Assembly (NCBI GenBank): GCA_001818315.1
Contig: MHKF01000012.1
Location: 251,149 to 315,148 of the forward strand
Direction: 5' to 3'
DNA from: Candidatus Kerfeldbacteria bacterium RIFCSPLOWO2_02_FULL_42_19
GTDB lineage: Bacteria > Patescibacteriota > Patescibacteriia > HO2-48-17
Length of the DNA stretch: 64,000 bases
Made by a program: the position numbers and the translations under genes. The notes under the pieces are model-generated. The model searched no databases. It was not told the origin of the DNA and was given only the letters and a program-made list of their open reading frames with translations. Below are positions 1 through 9,677 of the stretch, in pieces. The first letter of the stretch is position 1, and the number at the start of each line of letters is the position of its first letter.

Positions 1-1
1 T

Positions 2-1069
2 GTTATAGGTACAGTCTTTATTATTCACGCCGGGTTCTGTAGAGCCGGTACAGCGTTTTTCTACAACTGTCGGTGCGACATTGTCGGTATCATTGTTCGT
101 GTAGAATTCCCAAGTGTAAGTGCTGGAGAGTTTGTCGCCATCGAAGGCTTTCACACCGCCGATGCCGCCAAGAGCAGTCACTTGGAAGCGTGCAAATGCA
201 GGGAGTTCTTTATCGCGTGGGTAGATGACTGCCCATGTGGAATCGTCTGGAATCGCTGGATCTCCATCGAAATGAATCGTTCCGGGAATCGTATTGCCTT
301 CGCAAGCGCCGGCGGTACATGTGCCGGATTTACATTGGATGTCGGTTGTGCATGCATCGCCGTTGCGGCCAGTTGCGTCATTGCCCTCAAGATCGCCGAG
401 AACTTCAGCATAGAATGTGCTGTTCGTAACGCTTCCGCGATCAATCGGTTTATTGAATTGTGCGCCTATAATCGTGCAGAGTGCTGCTCGAGCGTTACTC
501 CTTGGGATGGTTGCTTTGACATAAAAAGTTTGATCGCCACCGCCAGGAAAACCTCCTCCGCACGCGTTCGCTTGGCATGAGCCAGCGCAGCAGAAAGGTT
601 GATCGGCTGTACATCCCGCCGGGAAGTCTGCAATACAACTCGCACCGCCGCTCGTGAAATCCTGTACGGTGCGGAATACATAAAGCACAATACCCCACGC
701 GGCGAGGATAATGAGGAGTCCTATGAGTCCTTCGATGAGTATTTTTTTTGCTTTTTCGAGTCTGCGTTCATTGCCCCCTGAGGTGAGCCATAGAAAGCCG
801 GCATAGAGACAAACAATAATTGCGACAAGTGCCAGCAGTCCGAGGGCCCAATTGATGATACTGATGATAATAGATACGGGCGATGCGGACCCGAGATTAA
901 ATGTTGCGCCAATCGTTCGATCAATCGTAATCGCGAACGCCTCGCGACTATTGAAAAACAAGAAACTTCCTGCTGCGATCAGAGTGAGTAATCCACCAAC
1001 GAGAAAACCAAACACCGTGAAGATTCGAGTTGATTGTGAGCGAGTTTGTTTTGGTTGCTTCGTATGCAT
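2..1069 (-). CDS. CPR-type VirB2/TrbC-like pilin domain fused to Cys-rich and Ig-like surface domains; truncated by the window edge
   Basis: Manually translated, absent from the track. ATG at 1069: MHTKQPKQ...IINWALGLLALVAIIVCLYAGFLWLTSGGNERRLEKAKKILIEGLIGLLIILAAWGIV (pilin-like hydrophobic hairpin), then Cys-rich segments and YTWEFYTNNDTDNVAPTV. Open to position 2. Confidence 0.8.
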   Translation of the reverse strand, partial: MHTKQPKQTRSQSTRIFTVFGFLVGGLLTLIAAGSFLFFNSREAFAITIDRTIGATFNLGSASPVSIIISIINWALGLLALVAIIVCLYAGFLWLTSGGNERRLEKAKKILIEGLIGLLIILAAWGIVLYVFRTVQDFTSGGASCIADFPAGCTADQPFCCAGSCQANACGGGFPGGGDQTFYVKATIPRSNARAALCTIIGAQFNKPIDRGSVTNSTFYAEVLGDLEGNDATGRNGDACTTDIQCKSGTCTAGACEGNTIPGTIHFDGDPAIPDDSTWAVIYPRDKELPAFARFQVTALGGIGGVKAFDGDKLSSTYTWEFYTNNDTDNVAPTVVEKRCTGSTEPGVNNKDCTYN

Positions 1070-1132
1070 GACGCGTGAATGTGTAAATTATGCGTCTCTT
1101 TCTTGATGTTTGTGCCTGTGCGCCTGTGAATT

Positions 1133-1576
1133 TTATTTTGCTTCTAACATTTTTTTTAACACTGTTTGTACGAGTTTCCCATCAACGCGTCCTTTGACGT
1201 GAGACATCGTTGCTTTCATCAGGTGTCCGAAGTTTTTCTCTGAACTTTCCGTAATAATTTTCTGGATAATCTCCTGCAGTTCCTGTTCAGAAAGTTGTTT
1301 TGGTAGGTAGGTTTCTATTATAGTAAGTTCGCTCGATTCTTTTTTCGCAAGATCATGTCTTTGAGCTTGCTCATAAAGCGTCATGGCTTCCTTTCGTTTT
1401 TTTGCTTCTTTTTGGAGCGCTGTAAGCGTCAGTGCGTCGTCAGGTATTTTGATGCGCTTTTCAATCTCGAGATTTTTAAGCGTCGCTTTTATGGAACGCA
1501 AAACTAAGGCTCTTTCGGAGTCTTTTTGTTTTAACGCTTGAATAAGGTCCTTCGAAATACGCTCAACGAGTGACAT
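1133..1576 (-). CDS. GatB/YqeY domain protein
   Basis: LQKEAKKRKEAMTLYEQAQRHDLAKKESSELTIIETYLPKQLSE; GHLMKATMSHVKGRVDGK. Downstream of rpsU as usual. Confidence 0.92.
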   Translation of the reverse strand: MSLVERISKDLIQALKQKDSERALVLRSIKATLKNLEIEKRIKIPDDALTLTALQKEAKKRKEAMTLYEQAQRHDLAKKESSELTIIETYLPKQLSEQELQEIIQKIITESSEKNFGHLMKATMSHVKGRVDGKLVQTVLKKMLEAK

Positions 1577-1577
1577 T

Positions 1578-1853
1578 TTACTTTTTTAAGCGAATTTTTA
1601 TCATTGGCTTTTTTTTACTGTAACGTGAATCACTTACTTCTTCTATTTTGCCAATTTTTCGTAAGTACTCTATTTGCTCGCGAATACGAATGCGTCTCAA
1701 TGCACCAAGTCGAATTTTATTTTTATTCGGTTTTCGCTTTGCAAATTGATGTTCTTTCGTAAGATCGAGCACACGGGTACTTTGGACCTTGCGCGTGAAT
1801 CTGCGGATGAGACTTTCATTTGACTCTCCGTTTTTCTTTCTGAGATCAATCAG
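1578..1853 (-). CDS. rpsU: 30S ribosomal protein S21 (long CPR form), non-canonical start
   Basis: The frame extends upstream of the track's GTG: (CTG)IDLRKKNGESNESLIRRFTRKVQSTRVL, with the S21 GES..LIRRF motif. SD AAGGAGGTG at 1861-1869; in-frame TGA at 1857-1859; yqeY synteny. Confidence 0.75.
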   Translation of the reverse strand: MIDLRKKNGESNESLIRRFTRKVQSTRVLDLTKEHQFAKRKPNKNKIRLGALRRIRIREQIEYLRKIGKIEEVSDSRYSKKKPMIKIRLKK

Positions 1854-1994
1854 AATTCAACACCTCCTTCTTTCTTTAACATGGATATTAAAAAATCGAA
1901 CTTTTATGATCGAAAAAGGGCAGTTTTGCCTCGCGTTTTGTTGACGTAAAGCAAATTCACAATAACATTATTTGTTTTGCTAGTCAAATTGAGT

Positions 1995-2336
1995 TTACAC
2001 TTCCCAGTGTAATGCTTTGCCGCCGAGAAGATGTACGTGGATGTGTGGAATGACTTGTCCGCCGTGTTCACGAATATTCAGAACAACCTTGTATCCTTTT
2101 TCTGCGATCCCTACTTGTTCGGCGATGAGTGCAACGCGGTGCATGAGTTGACCGATGAGCGGAGCATCTCCGGGATGCATATCTGCAAGCGAGGTGATGT
2201 GTTTTTTTGGAATCACAAGGATGTGCGTCGGCGCCTTTGGATGAATATCTTTAAATGCCAGAAAATTCTTGTCCTCGAAAGTTTTTTCTGCTGGAATTTG
2301 ATTGTTGACGATTTTGCAAAAAAGACAATCGGTCAT
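1995..2336 (-). CDS. HIT family (histidine triad) nucleotide-binding protein
   Basis: MTDCLFCKI; DIHPKAPTHILVIPKKH; HIHVHLLGG triad. Confidence 0.95.
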   Translation of the reverse strand: MTDCLFCKIVNNQIPAEKTFEDKNFLAFKDIHPKAPTHILVIPKKHITSLADMHPGDAPLIGQLMHRVALIAEQVGIAEKGYKVVLNIREHGGQVIPHIHVHLLGGKALHWEV

Positions 2337-2338
2337 AT

Positions 2339-3670
2339 TTATTTCAGACGCTTTTGAACATCCCAAACAATTTTTTCGTAGGCAACGACTTCTTGTGAGC
2401 CTGTTTCCATATCGCGTACTAAAACGGTTTGATCGAGAATTTCTTTTTGACCTAGAATGAGGGTAAATTTTGCGCCGAGGCGGCTTGCTATGCCGAGTTG
2501 TACTCCAAGTCCGTCGCGCGCAAAAAATTGTCGGACTTTAATGCCGCTGGCGCGCAGGTCTTCAAAAAGGCGCAGCGCTTTTTTGCGCGCTTGTTCCCCG
2601 AGTTGCGCAATAAAGACATCCGGATGAAATCCGATGATCGGATAGTTTTTAAGCTCTCTCATGAGGAGCACGATGCGTTCGATGCCGAGCGCGAGTCCAA
2701 CACCAGGCGTGTGTCGTCCTCCGAGTGTCTCCGCGAGTTTATCGTAGCGGCCTCCCCCACCTAAAGAAACTTTATCTCCAAAATTTTCATGCTGATACCA
2801 ATATTCAAAAGCAGTACGCGTGTAATAATCGAGTCCTCGCACGAGCCTTGGGTTGAGTTCGTAGAGAATTTCCAGTTCGTCGAGATGTTCGAGCGTACCT
2901 ACAAAGTGCGCACGGCATGCATCACACAGGTGATCCACTATTTGTGGCGCTTCTTGTGCGACTTCCTGACATTTTACTTCTTTGCAGTCCAGAATACGGA
3001 GCGGGTTTTTATGCAAGCGTCGTTTGCAAGATTCGCAGAGAGTTTTTCGATTTTTTTTGAAGAAGTTTTTGAGCACCGTCTGGTACGCCGGTCTGCATAC
3101 TTCGTCACCAATACTATTAATTTGTACCGTCGCTGCTATGCCGAGTGTCTTCAAAAGACGATGACCAATAAGAATCATCTCGGCGTCGAGTACTGGATGT
3201 TGATCACCGAGCGATTCAAAGCCACACTGATAAAATTGTCGATATCTTCCAAATTGCGGTCGTTCGTGCCGACACATGGGACCATAATAATAGAGTTTGA
3301 CTGGCTGCGGTTTGTTGCGCATTCCGTGTTCAATGTAAGCGCGTATAACCGATGCGGTTGCTTCTGGACGCACGGTGATATGTTCCCCGCCTTGATCGAC
3401 AAACGAGTACATTTCTTTTTGTACGATATCAGTGTCGTGCCCAACGCCGCGTTCGAAGAGATTCGTTGATTCTAATATCGGTGTATCAATACGTTCAAAA
3501 CTGTATGCGTTGGCAAAAGCACGCACTTGATCTCGCGTAGCTTCCCACCACGGTTGATCTTCCGGCAGCGTATCTTTCATTCCGCGGATGAGTTGCGGTA
3601 TCGGTGATTTTTTTGATTTTTTCTTTTCGACCGTTGAAGAAGCTTGCGGTGTTGTTTTTTTCTTGTACAT
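2339..3670 (-). CDS. hisS: Histidine--tRNA ligase
   Basis: RGMKD, RPEATAS, RHERPQFGRYRQFYQ, LVRGLDYY, GGGGRYD motifs. Confidence 0.98.
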   Translation of the reverse strand: MYKKKTTPQASSTVEKKKSKKSPIPQLIRGMKDTLPEDQPWWEATRDQVRAFANAYSFERIDTPILESTNLFERGVGHDTDIVQKEMYSFVDQGGEHITVRPEATASVIRAYIEHGMRNKPQPVKLYYYGPMCRHERPQFGRYRQFYQCGFESLGDQHPVLDAEMILIGHRLLKTLGIAATVQINSIGDEVCRPAYQTVLKNFFKKNRKTLCESCKRRLHKNPLRILDCKEVKCQEVAQEAPQIVDHLCDACRAHFVGTLEHLDELEILYELNPRLVRGLDYYTRTAFEYWYQHENFGDKVSLGGGGRYDKLAETLGGRHTPGVGLALGIERIVLLMRELKNYPIIGFHPDVFIAQLGEQARKKALRLFEDLRASGIKVRQFFARDGLGVQLGIASRLGAKFTLILGQKEILDQTVLVRDMETGSQEVVAYEKIVWDVQKRLK

Positions 3671-3675
3671 AGGCT

Positions 3676-4392
3676 TTAGAAGCTAATCATTGTCAAGTTG
3701 TTTCCTTTGCGTTGCAATGTATTCACTTCATTCTTCTTGTTCTCTGTTGCGGTTTCTGACGCTGGGTAGGTGATTCGATGAATGGTCGTAGCGCGTCTGA
3801 GCGGCCATGCGCGTAGCCACACTCTGCCGATGATTTTTTTTCTCGGTACCGGGCCAATACTGCGAGAGTCGAGGCTCGCGGGACGATTGTCACCGAGGAG
3901 GAAATAGTCTTCGTCTTTCAGTACGTAAATTCGGTCGCCGGAAGTTTGCAGATCTTCTGGTAAATATTCTGTTTCATTCAGGAAGAATCCTTCGGGATAT
4001 GTGTTATTTGTAATCCAAACACCGCCATCGCGAATTTTAATTTTTTCGCCGGGGAGTCCGATCACGCGCTTGATAAAATATTGTTTCGGATTCCTTGGAT
4101 CACGAATGACTATGACTTCTCCTCGCTGTGGCTCGCGAAAGCGATAACTGATTTCGTCGATAATCAGGTATTCATAATCATAAAAATTGGGTTCCATGGA
4201 AGCTCCGCGTACGTAAAACGGTTGGATAAGAAAATAGCGCACAGGGATAATGATCGCGAGCGCTAAAATAATGACCTTTACAACTTCGATAAAAAAGTTT
4301 TCCCGTGGTGCTTCGGGTTGTTGTTCCTTTTGATTCGGTTCGTTGGTGTGTGTGTTGGGTTCTGTATTGATGTTGGATGTGTTGTATGTCAT
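3676..4392 (-). CDS. lepB: Signal peptidase I
   Basis: GASMEPN (Ser), FIKRVIGLPG (Lys), LGDNRPASLDSR. Confidence 0.96.
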   Translation of the reverse strand: MTYNTSNINTEPNTHTNEPNQKEQQPEAPRENFFIEVVKVIILALAIIIPVRYFLIQPFYVRGASMEPNFYDYEYLIIDEISYRFREPQRGEVIVIRDPRNPKQYFIKRVIGLPGEKIKIRDGGVWITNNTYPEGFFLNETEYLPEDLQTSGDRIYVLKDEDYFLLGDNRPASLDSRSIGPVPRKKIIGRVWLRAWPLRRATTIHRITYPASETATENKKNEVNTLQRKGNNLTMISF

Positions 4393-4715
4393 GGAGAGTG
4401 CTCATGTTGGTGTGAAATGTTTTTACTATATCAAAAAGCTTCTATTACTGCAAAAGAAGAAAGAAATTTTGCTAAATTCAAAGGTATTTTTCTCCGCACC
4501 TTATTATGTGTTATGGGAATAGTTGACATTTTCGCTTATTTGTTTTATGATGTATTTTATTATTTTAGAGTACGTTTTGTTTTACATTGAGAGATCAGTT
4601 TCTGAATGTCTTTAGGGTATTATTGCAAAAGGTCTTGACGATCTTCGACTTTACGATGCTCGACTTGTAATTTTTTACCCCCCCCTCTAAAATAAGAGCT
4701 ACGATCATTATTTCA

Positions 4716-6056
4716 TTGTTTATGCTGTATTTTATGCAATTTCGTTTTATAAAGTTATTTCTTTTCTTTTTCTTTGCTGCTTCGATTTTTATTTTTGTTT
4801 TTCAGGCTCACACTGCTCGAGCATTAGAGGAACCTGCGCTTACGGTCAGTAATATTCAAGCAGAAGCTGGTGATACGTTTGCGATCATATCTTTTACTGC
4901 GGAAAATGTACCTACCGCTGCCCAGGCGACCATAAAATACCGAAAAGATGGAGAAGATGTGACTTTTTCCACAGGCTCAAATTATTTTTATGATGGCGCG
5001 ACTTCAATACTGCTGTATGATCTGCTTCCACAAACAAAATATTTTTACACAGTGCTCATAGAAGAAGGAACCAGCTACGAAGATCTGTACAAGAGTTCTT
5101 CGAAATCTTTCACAACGAAAAATGTAGATTTTGTGTCCCTGAGTCGTGTCACTCCATCAAAAGCAAAACCTGGCGCAGAGGTGACGATAGAGGGTAAAGG
5201 TTTTGGGAAACGAGCTGGCGAGGTTATTTTTGGCTATTGTTTTGCGGAATGCAAAGGCACGATTGTTTCATGGACCGATATAAAAATTGTTGCTACAGTT
5301 GGAACCCGTGCGACGAATGGGCCAGTCACCGTGCATGCATATCCTGCCTCTGGTTTTCGAAGCACGATTTACAGTAAAGAAGTTCGTGGGGGTGATGTCA
5401 CCGTCAATAATGGAGATACGAGTTATTTTGTTATTGATCGGAGAAAATGCGGTCAAGGAATTCGAGCAAAAACCTATAATGAGATAGCGAATATTAACAA
5501 TATTTACTTTGCAGAATACGGTCGAGGCGCTGGATGTAATGAATTGACATTCCATGTGCAACGACGCACACCGCATGATCGATTGCGCGATTGGTTGCGT
5601 ACGCAGGACGAAGGAAAATGGTGGCAGAAGATTACGAAGAATTACATGGGTAAAACTATTTATGATGCGAAAACAGGAATTTATCTCGTGACTCCAAGCG
5701 GTCTGCGTCGAGTACATGATTTCCAGACCGCGCTTGCGTGGGGATTGATTATCGATGATGCTAAACTTGTAGAAGATTTTTATGATCCAGCAAAAGGCTA
5801 TGCTGAAAAGTATATACACTCGGGTGTACGATCATACGGTGACTATGAAAATCAACTATTGTACCGAAACGGTCCTTACTTCGATGCGATTGAAGCTTTT
5901 CTGGGCGGGGAAGAGATCGATACGGGGAATGCGAGACTTGATAGCTATATCGAAGATCATCAGAACCTGATTATAAAAATGAATCCGATGGATACCGATG
6001 ACGAGGACTATCGCGATATTTGCACGGATCACTTACGGTGTGGAAAGAGATATTAA
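4716..6056 (+). CDS. Secreted hypothetical protein with FN3-like and IPT/TIG domains (start uncertain)
   Basis: Signal peptide; LLPQTKYFYTV (FN3-like); VTPSKAKPGAEVTIEGKGFG...IVSWTDIKI (IPT/TIG). Confidence 0.7.
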   Translation: MFMLYFMQFRFIKLFLFFFFAASIFIFVFQAHTARALEEPALTVSNIQAEAGDTFAIISFTAENVPTAAQATIKYRKDGEDVTFSTGSNYFYDGATSILLYDLLPQTKYFYTVLIEEGTSYEDLYKSSSKSFTTKNVDFVSLSRVTPSKAKPGAEVTIEGKGFGKRAGEVIFGYCFAECKGTIVSWTDIKIVATVGTRATNGPVTVHAYPASGFRSTIYSKEVRGGDVTVNNGDTSYFVIDRRKCGQGIRAKTYNEIANINNIYFAEYGRGAGCNELTFHVQRRTPHDRLRDWLRTQDEGKWWQKITKNYMGKTIYDAKTGIYLVTPSGLRRVHDFQTALAWGLIIDDAKLVEDFYDPAKGYAEKYIHSGVRSYGDYENQLLYRNGPYFDAIEAFLGGEEIDTGNARLDSYIEDHQNLIIKMNPMDTDDEDYRDICTDHLRCGKRY

Positions 6057-6123
6057 TTTTCGTGAGTGAGCATTTCTATAACACGTAACGGCGCTGTCTT
6101 CCGTGAAAACTTGTAAAGTTTTT

Positions 6124-6161
6124 CATATGCACCGGCTTTTCCCCGGCGCATATGTTTTTTT
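6124..6161 (+). terminator. Intrinsic terminator
   Basis: CATATGCACCGG-loop-CCGGCGCATATG followed by a T-tract. Confidence 0.65.
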
Positions 6162-6217
6162 AAAGAGACTGTCGCTGAATATGCTCGCGTCTGTGAGAAA
6201 TGAATGTGCATCATAGC

Positions 6218-6295
6218 AAGAGAGGAAGAAAACTCTCCTTTCTCAGCACACTGTGCAGTGTCAGTGCTTCGAAAGGGAGAGTCTGCCTCCTCTTT
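6218..6295 (+). repeat. Family-A palindromic hairpin, copy 1
   Basis: AGAGG...TTTCTCAGCAC-ACTGTGCAGTGTCA-GTGCTTCGAAA...CCTCT. Confidence 0.85.
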
Positions 6296-6309
6296 ATGTT
6301 TTGTTCATT

Positions 6310-6383
6310 GGGTCTGTCGCCGAATACGCTTTCGTCTGTGAAATGCTACAATTGTAACAGAAATGGTATTCGGCGACAGACCC
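6310..6383. mobile_element. 74-bp MITE-like element (family B) with 5-bp target-site duplication
   Basis: TIRs GGGTCTGTCGCCGAATAC / GTATTCGGCGACAGACCC. Direct repeat TCATT at 6305-6309 and 6384-6388. Confidence 0.8.
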
Positions 6384-6524
6384 TCATTGCACAAGAAATG
6401 GCATTCAGCGCCAGTCTCTTGAAAGGCACATTGAATCGTACACGTATTTTGTTTATGATATACATACAATCTTTACATTGATCATTCCGCACCTATTAAA
6501 TACGCGGGAGTATATCGTCATTCT

Positions 6525-7706
6525 ATGCATAAATATTTTTCTATCCCCATCTTTCGCAGTCTTTTTGTTCTTTTACTTATTTGTACGTCTTTTCTCGCTG
6601 GCGCAGTTGGTGGTGCGTGGGTCGTGCTGCTCTATCAAACGCAAGGGCAAAATATCGCCACCCCCAAAATTTCACAGAAATTGACACAAAAGCTTGTGGA
6701 GGAAGAATCTGGTGCGATTGCCGTTGCGAAATCTGTTACTCCATCGGTTGTGAGTATTGTGATCTCCAAAGAGCTTGAAAGCATTGTGCAGCGTGGGCCG
6801 TTTCTTTTTGAAAGCGAAGGTTCGGGTGAGTTTCGAGATGTTGGCGGTGGAACAGGTTTCTTTGTTTCCAAAGACGGTCTTATCTTGACGAATCGACATG
6901 TTGTCAGTGATGAGGAAGCGCAGTATTCTGTCGTACTATCTGATGGCAGGCGTCGTTCGGCAGAAATTCTTTCGCGCGATCCGTTGAATGATCTTGCGAT
7001 TGTGAAAATTGTTCCCGAGAACAGCGAAAAGTTTCAACCTCTTGAAATTGGCGATTCCAGCGCTTTGCAAGTCGGACAAACGGTTCTTGCTGTCGGCAAT
7101 TCCCTTGCTGAGTTCCAGAATTCCGTTACGAAGGGTGTGATTAGTGGCTTGGGACGCGAAGTCGTTGCCGGAACCTTTCAGGATCAAGAGCTTTTGCGTA
7201 ATCTTTTGCAGACAGATGCCGCTATTAACCCCGGTAATTCCGGCGGACCGCTGGTGAATATTGCCGGGCAGGTTGTCGGAATTAATACAGCTATTGCTGG
7301 CGGCGCAGAAAATATTGGTTTTGCGATTCCTATTAATGAAGCAAAGAAGGCTCTCGATAGTTTTTACGAGTTCGGTGAGATTGTGCGACCGATGCTCGGC
7401 GTTCGATATATTCCCGTGAATAAAGATGTCGCAGAAGCACTTGAACTGCCTGTGGATTACGGAGCACTCTTACGAGGTGATCCATTAGGAGGAGAGCCAG
7501 CGGTTCTTTCGGGAAGTCCAGCGGATCAAGTCGGATTGAAAGATGGAGATATTCTTCTTGCTATTGACGGTGTTACTTTGGATGAAGAGCATATGCTTTC
7601 GGATCTCATTAGCGAACATGCAGTGGGCGATACGATCCGTGTGCGGTATATGCGTAATAAAGAAGAATTGGAGATTGATGTAACGCTTTCGAAATTTGGA
7701 TCGTGA
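6525..7706 (+). CDS. HtrA/DegP-family serine protease with PDZ domain
   Basis: GGGTGF, TNRHV, DLAIVK, QTDAAINPGNSGGPL, C-terminal PDZ. Confidence 0.96.
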   Translation: MHKYFSIPIFRSLFVLLLICTSFLAGAVGGAWVVLLYQTQGQNIATPKISQKLTQKLVEEESGAIAVAKSVTPSVVSIVISKELESIVQRGPFLFESEGSGEFRDVGGGTGFFVSKDGLILTNRHVVSDEEAQYSVVLSDGRRRSAEILSRDPLNDLAIVKIVPENSEKFQPLEIGDSSALQVGQTVLAVGNSLAEFQNSVTKGVISGLGREVVAGTFQDQELLRNLLQTDAAINPGNSGGPLVNIAGQVVGINTAIAGGAENIGFAIPINEAKKALDSFYEFGEIVRPMLGVRYIPVNKDVAEALELPVDYGALLRGDPLGGEPAVLSGSPADQVGLKDGDILLAIDGVTLDEEHMLSDLISEHAVGDTIRVRYMRNKEELEIDVTLSKFGS

Positions 7707-7766
7707 TAGGAACTACGCTCGGACGTATCTTTCTATTTCATACGCATTTCTCTATAAATATTGGCG

Positions 7767-8321
7767 ATGCTTGTACCGTTGATTGTGATTTTTGGGCTTC
7801 TTCTGTTGTGTTCCATGGCTTATGCAGGATATTCTGCTGCGCCATGGGTGCCGACATGGAAAAAAGATGCCTTGCGCATGTTGCGTCTCGCTGCTGTGCA
7901 GTCTGGCGAGAAAGTTGTTGATCTTGGATGCGGCGATGGAAAGATTCTCTTTTTGGCTGCGAATATTTTTCACGCACAATCGCGCGGTGTTGATATAGGA
8001 ATCCCGCAGTATATCCATGCGCAGATATGGCGTTGGTTTCAACCGCGTAGGCGGGATATTCACATTCGTTTTGGGGATCTTTTTCGATTTGATATTCGTG
8101 ATGCGGATGTTGTGATTGTCTATCTTTTGCCAAAATGTTATGATCGACTCCTGCAGAAATTTGAAAAAGAACTTGCGCCTGGTACTCGAGTGATCGTCCA
8201 AGCGTGGCCTTTGCCGCGTTGGAAACCGGTCACAGTGGATCGCCCAACGCCGCGAGATCTTCCATTGTATGTGTATCGCGTTCCGAGTCCAAATTCTTCT
8301 TCTGTGCATGATCGCGAGTGA
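7767..8321 (+). CDS. Class I SAM-dependent methyltransferase with N-terminal membrane anchor
   Basis: APWVPT...VVDLGCGDGKIL; DADVVIVYL. Confidence 0.88.
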   Translation: MLVPLIVIFGLLLLCSMAYAGYSAAPWVPTWKKDALRMLRLAAVQSGEKVVDLGCGDGKILFLAANIFHAQSRGVDIGIPQYIHAQIWRWFQPRRRDIHIRFGDLFRFDIRDADVVIVYLLPKCYDRLLQKFEKELAPGTRVIVQAWPLPRWKPVTVDRPTPRDLPLYVYRVPSPNSSSVHDRE

Positions 8322-8359
8322 TCAAAAAAGCAGGAGAGGAGGTACATACATCTTTTTGT

Positions 8360-9487
8360 ATGAAAGAATTGCGTACTGCATTTCAGGAACTTCAACAGCG
8401 CGTTCAGAAAACCGAACGTTTACTTCATATTGAAGACAAACGCGCGCAGCTACGAGCACTTGAAGTCACAATGCGTGAACCAGATTTTTGGCGGAATCAA
8501 ACAGAAGCGTCGGAAACGGCGCGTCTCTGTGACGCACTTTCCAAAGAACTTGCAACGTGGGAGCAATTGAAGCGTGACATTTCCGAATCCCTTGAACTCA
8601 TCGAACTTGCAGAAAAAGAAAACACCCAGCATGTGGATAGCACACAAACTGTTGATGCCTTGCGGACTGATTTGCAAGAGAAGCTCACAAATCTTTCGCG
8701 GCAATTTGCTGATGCGGAGTTTTTGATTCTTCTCTCTAGCAAACATGATGCAAGCAATGCTTTAATAGCGGTGCATGCGGGTGCTGGCGGTGTGGATGCG
8801 CAGGATTGGGCGGCGATGTTGTTTCGTATGTTCCTGCGGTTTTGTGAGCGCAAGGGGTTTCAGGTGCGTTTGCTTGAAAAGGCAGAGGGTCAGGAAGCTG
8901 GGTTAAAGCGCGCGGTGTTTGAAGTCGTTGGACGTTATGCGTATGGATATTTGCAATCGGAACATGGCGTCCATCGTTTGGTGCGAATTTCGCCGTTTGA
9001 TGCCGAAGCGATGCGGCATACGTCTTTTGCACTCGTGGAAGTACTCCCAGAACTTGAGGATATCGAAGTTGACGTGAAAGCAGAGGATATTCGTGTGGAT
9101 GTATTTCGATCTGGCGGCCACGGCGGGCAGAGTGTGAATACAACGGATTCAGCAGTGCGTATTGTTCATATTCCTACCGGTATTACAGTCGTCTGCCAGA
9201 ACGAGCGATCTCAGCGGCAGAATCGCGACATGGCGATGAAGTATCTGAAAGCTAAACTACATAGGCTTGAACAAGAGCGTCAGTATCAAGAAAAACAGCA
9301 GATTCGCGGCGCGTTTACATCTGCAGAATGGGGGAATCAGATTCGTTCTTATGTATTGCAGCCGTATAAACTTGTGAAAGATCATCGTACCGATTATCAG
9401 GAAACAGAACCGCAACAGGTGCTCGACGGTGCACTGGATGGTTTTGTAGAGGCTTATTTACGTTTTCGCCGCGCACAGCAGGTTTGA
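8360..9487 (+). CDS. prfB: Peptide chain release factor 2 (no internal frameshift)
   Basis: HRLVRISPF (SPF anticodon motif), GGHGGQSVN, WGNQIRSYVL. Confidence 0.97.
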   Translation: MKELRTAFQELQQRVQKTERLLHIEDKRAQLRALEVTMREPDFWRNQTEASETARLCDALSKELATWEQLKRDISESLELIELAEKENTQHVDSTQTVDALRTDLQEKLTNLSRQFADAEFLILLSSKHDASNALIAVHAGAGGVDAQDWAAMLFRMFLRFCERKGFQVRLLEKAEGQEAGLKRAVFEVVGRYAYGYLQSEHGVHRLVRISPFDAEAMRHTSFALVEVLPELEDIEVDVKAEDIRVDVFRSGGHGGQSVNTTDSAVRIVHIPTGITVVCQNERSQRQNRDMAMKYLKAKLHRLEQERQYQEKQQIRGAFTSAEWGNQIRSYVLQPYKLVKDHRTDYQETEPQQVLDGALDGFVEAYLRFRRAQQV

Positions 9488-9533
9488 TAATAGAAATTTG
9501 CGTTTGAACACATTTTTCTTAAACAGTGCATTA

Positions 9534-9677
9534 TCAATTAAATCCCGAATCCAAAGTTTCTAAGTTTCGGAGGCTTCTTTCGTGTTGTTTAAGCTGTTGT
9601 AGATCCGGTTTTTTTGCTCCAGATGTTTGACGCTTTTCCGTCGCTTCATCTTTTTCGACAAAAGCGTATTGCTCCAT
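9534..9677 (-). CDS. Putative 47-aa small protein
   Basis: Manual translation MEQYAFVEKDEATEKRQTSGAKKPDLQQLKQHERSLRNLETLDSGFN with a double stop; fills the prfB-comEC gap. Confidence 0.3.
   Translation of the reverse strand: MEQYAFVEKDEATEKRQTSGAKKPDLQQLKQHERSLRNLETLDSGFN

Larger units (their letters stand above)
6165..6418. mobile_element. Composite MITE-like element (family B) containing hairpin A1 and a second family-B copy
   Basis: Terminal inverted repeats GAGACTGTCGCTGAAT / ATTCAGCGCCAGTCTC. Flanks TTAAA / TTGAA match at 4 of 5 positions. Confidence 0.65.

Noticed and set aside
178-1106. Short ORFs listed here, and the many antisense or overlapping ORFs across the window
   Set aside because: They are shadows of longer, recognisable genes; here the real gene is the minus-strand ORF from 1069 that runs off the edge.
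8360-8450. Programmed frameshift in prfB
   Set aside because: The reading frame is continuous (CTT CAT rather than CTT TGA); many lineages lack the shift.
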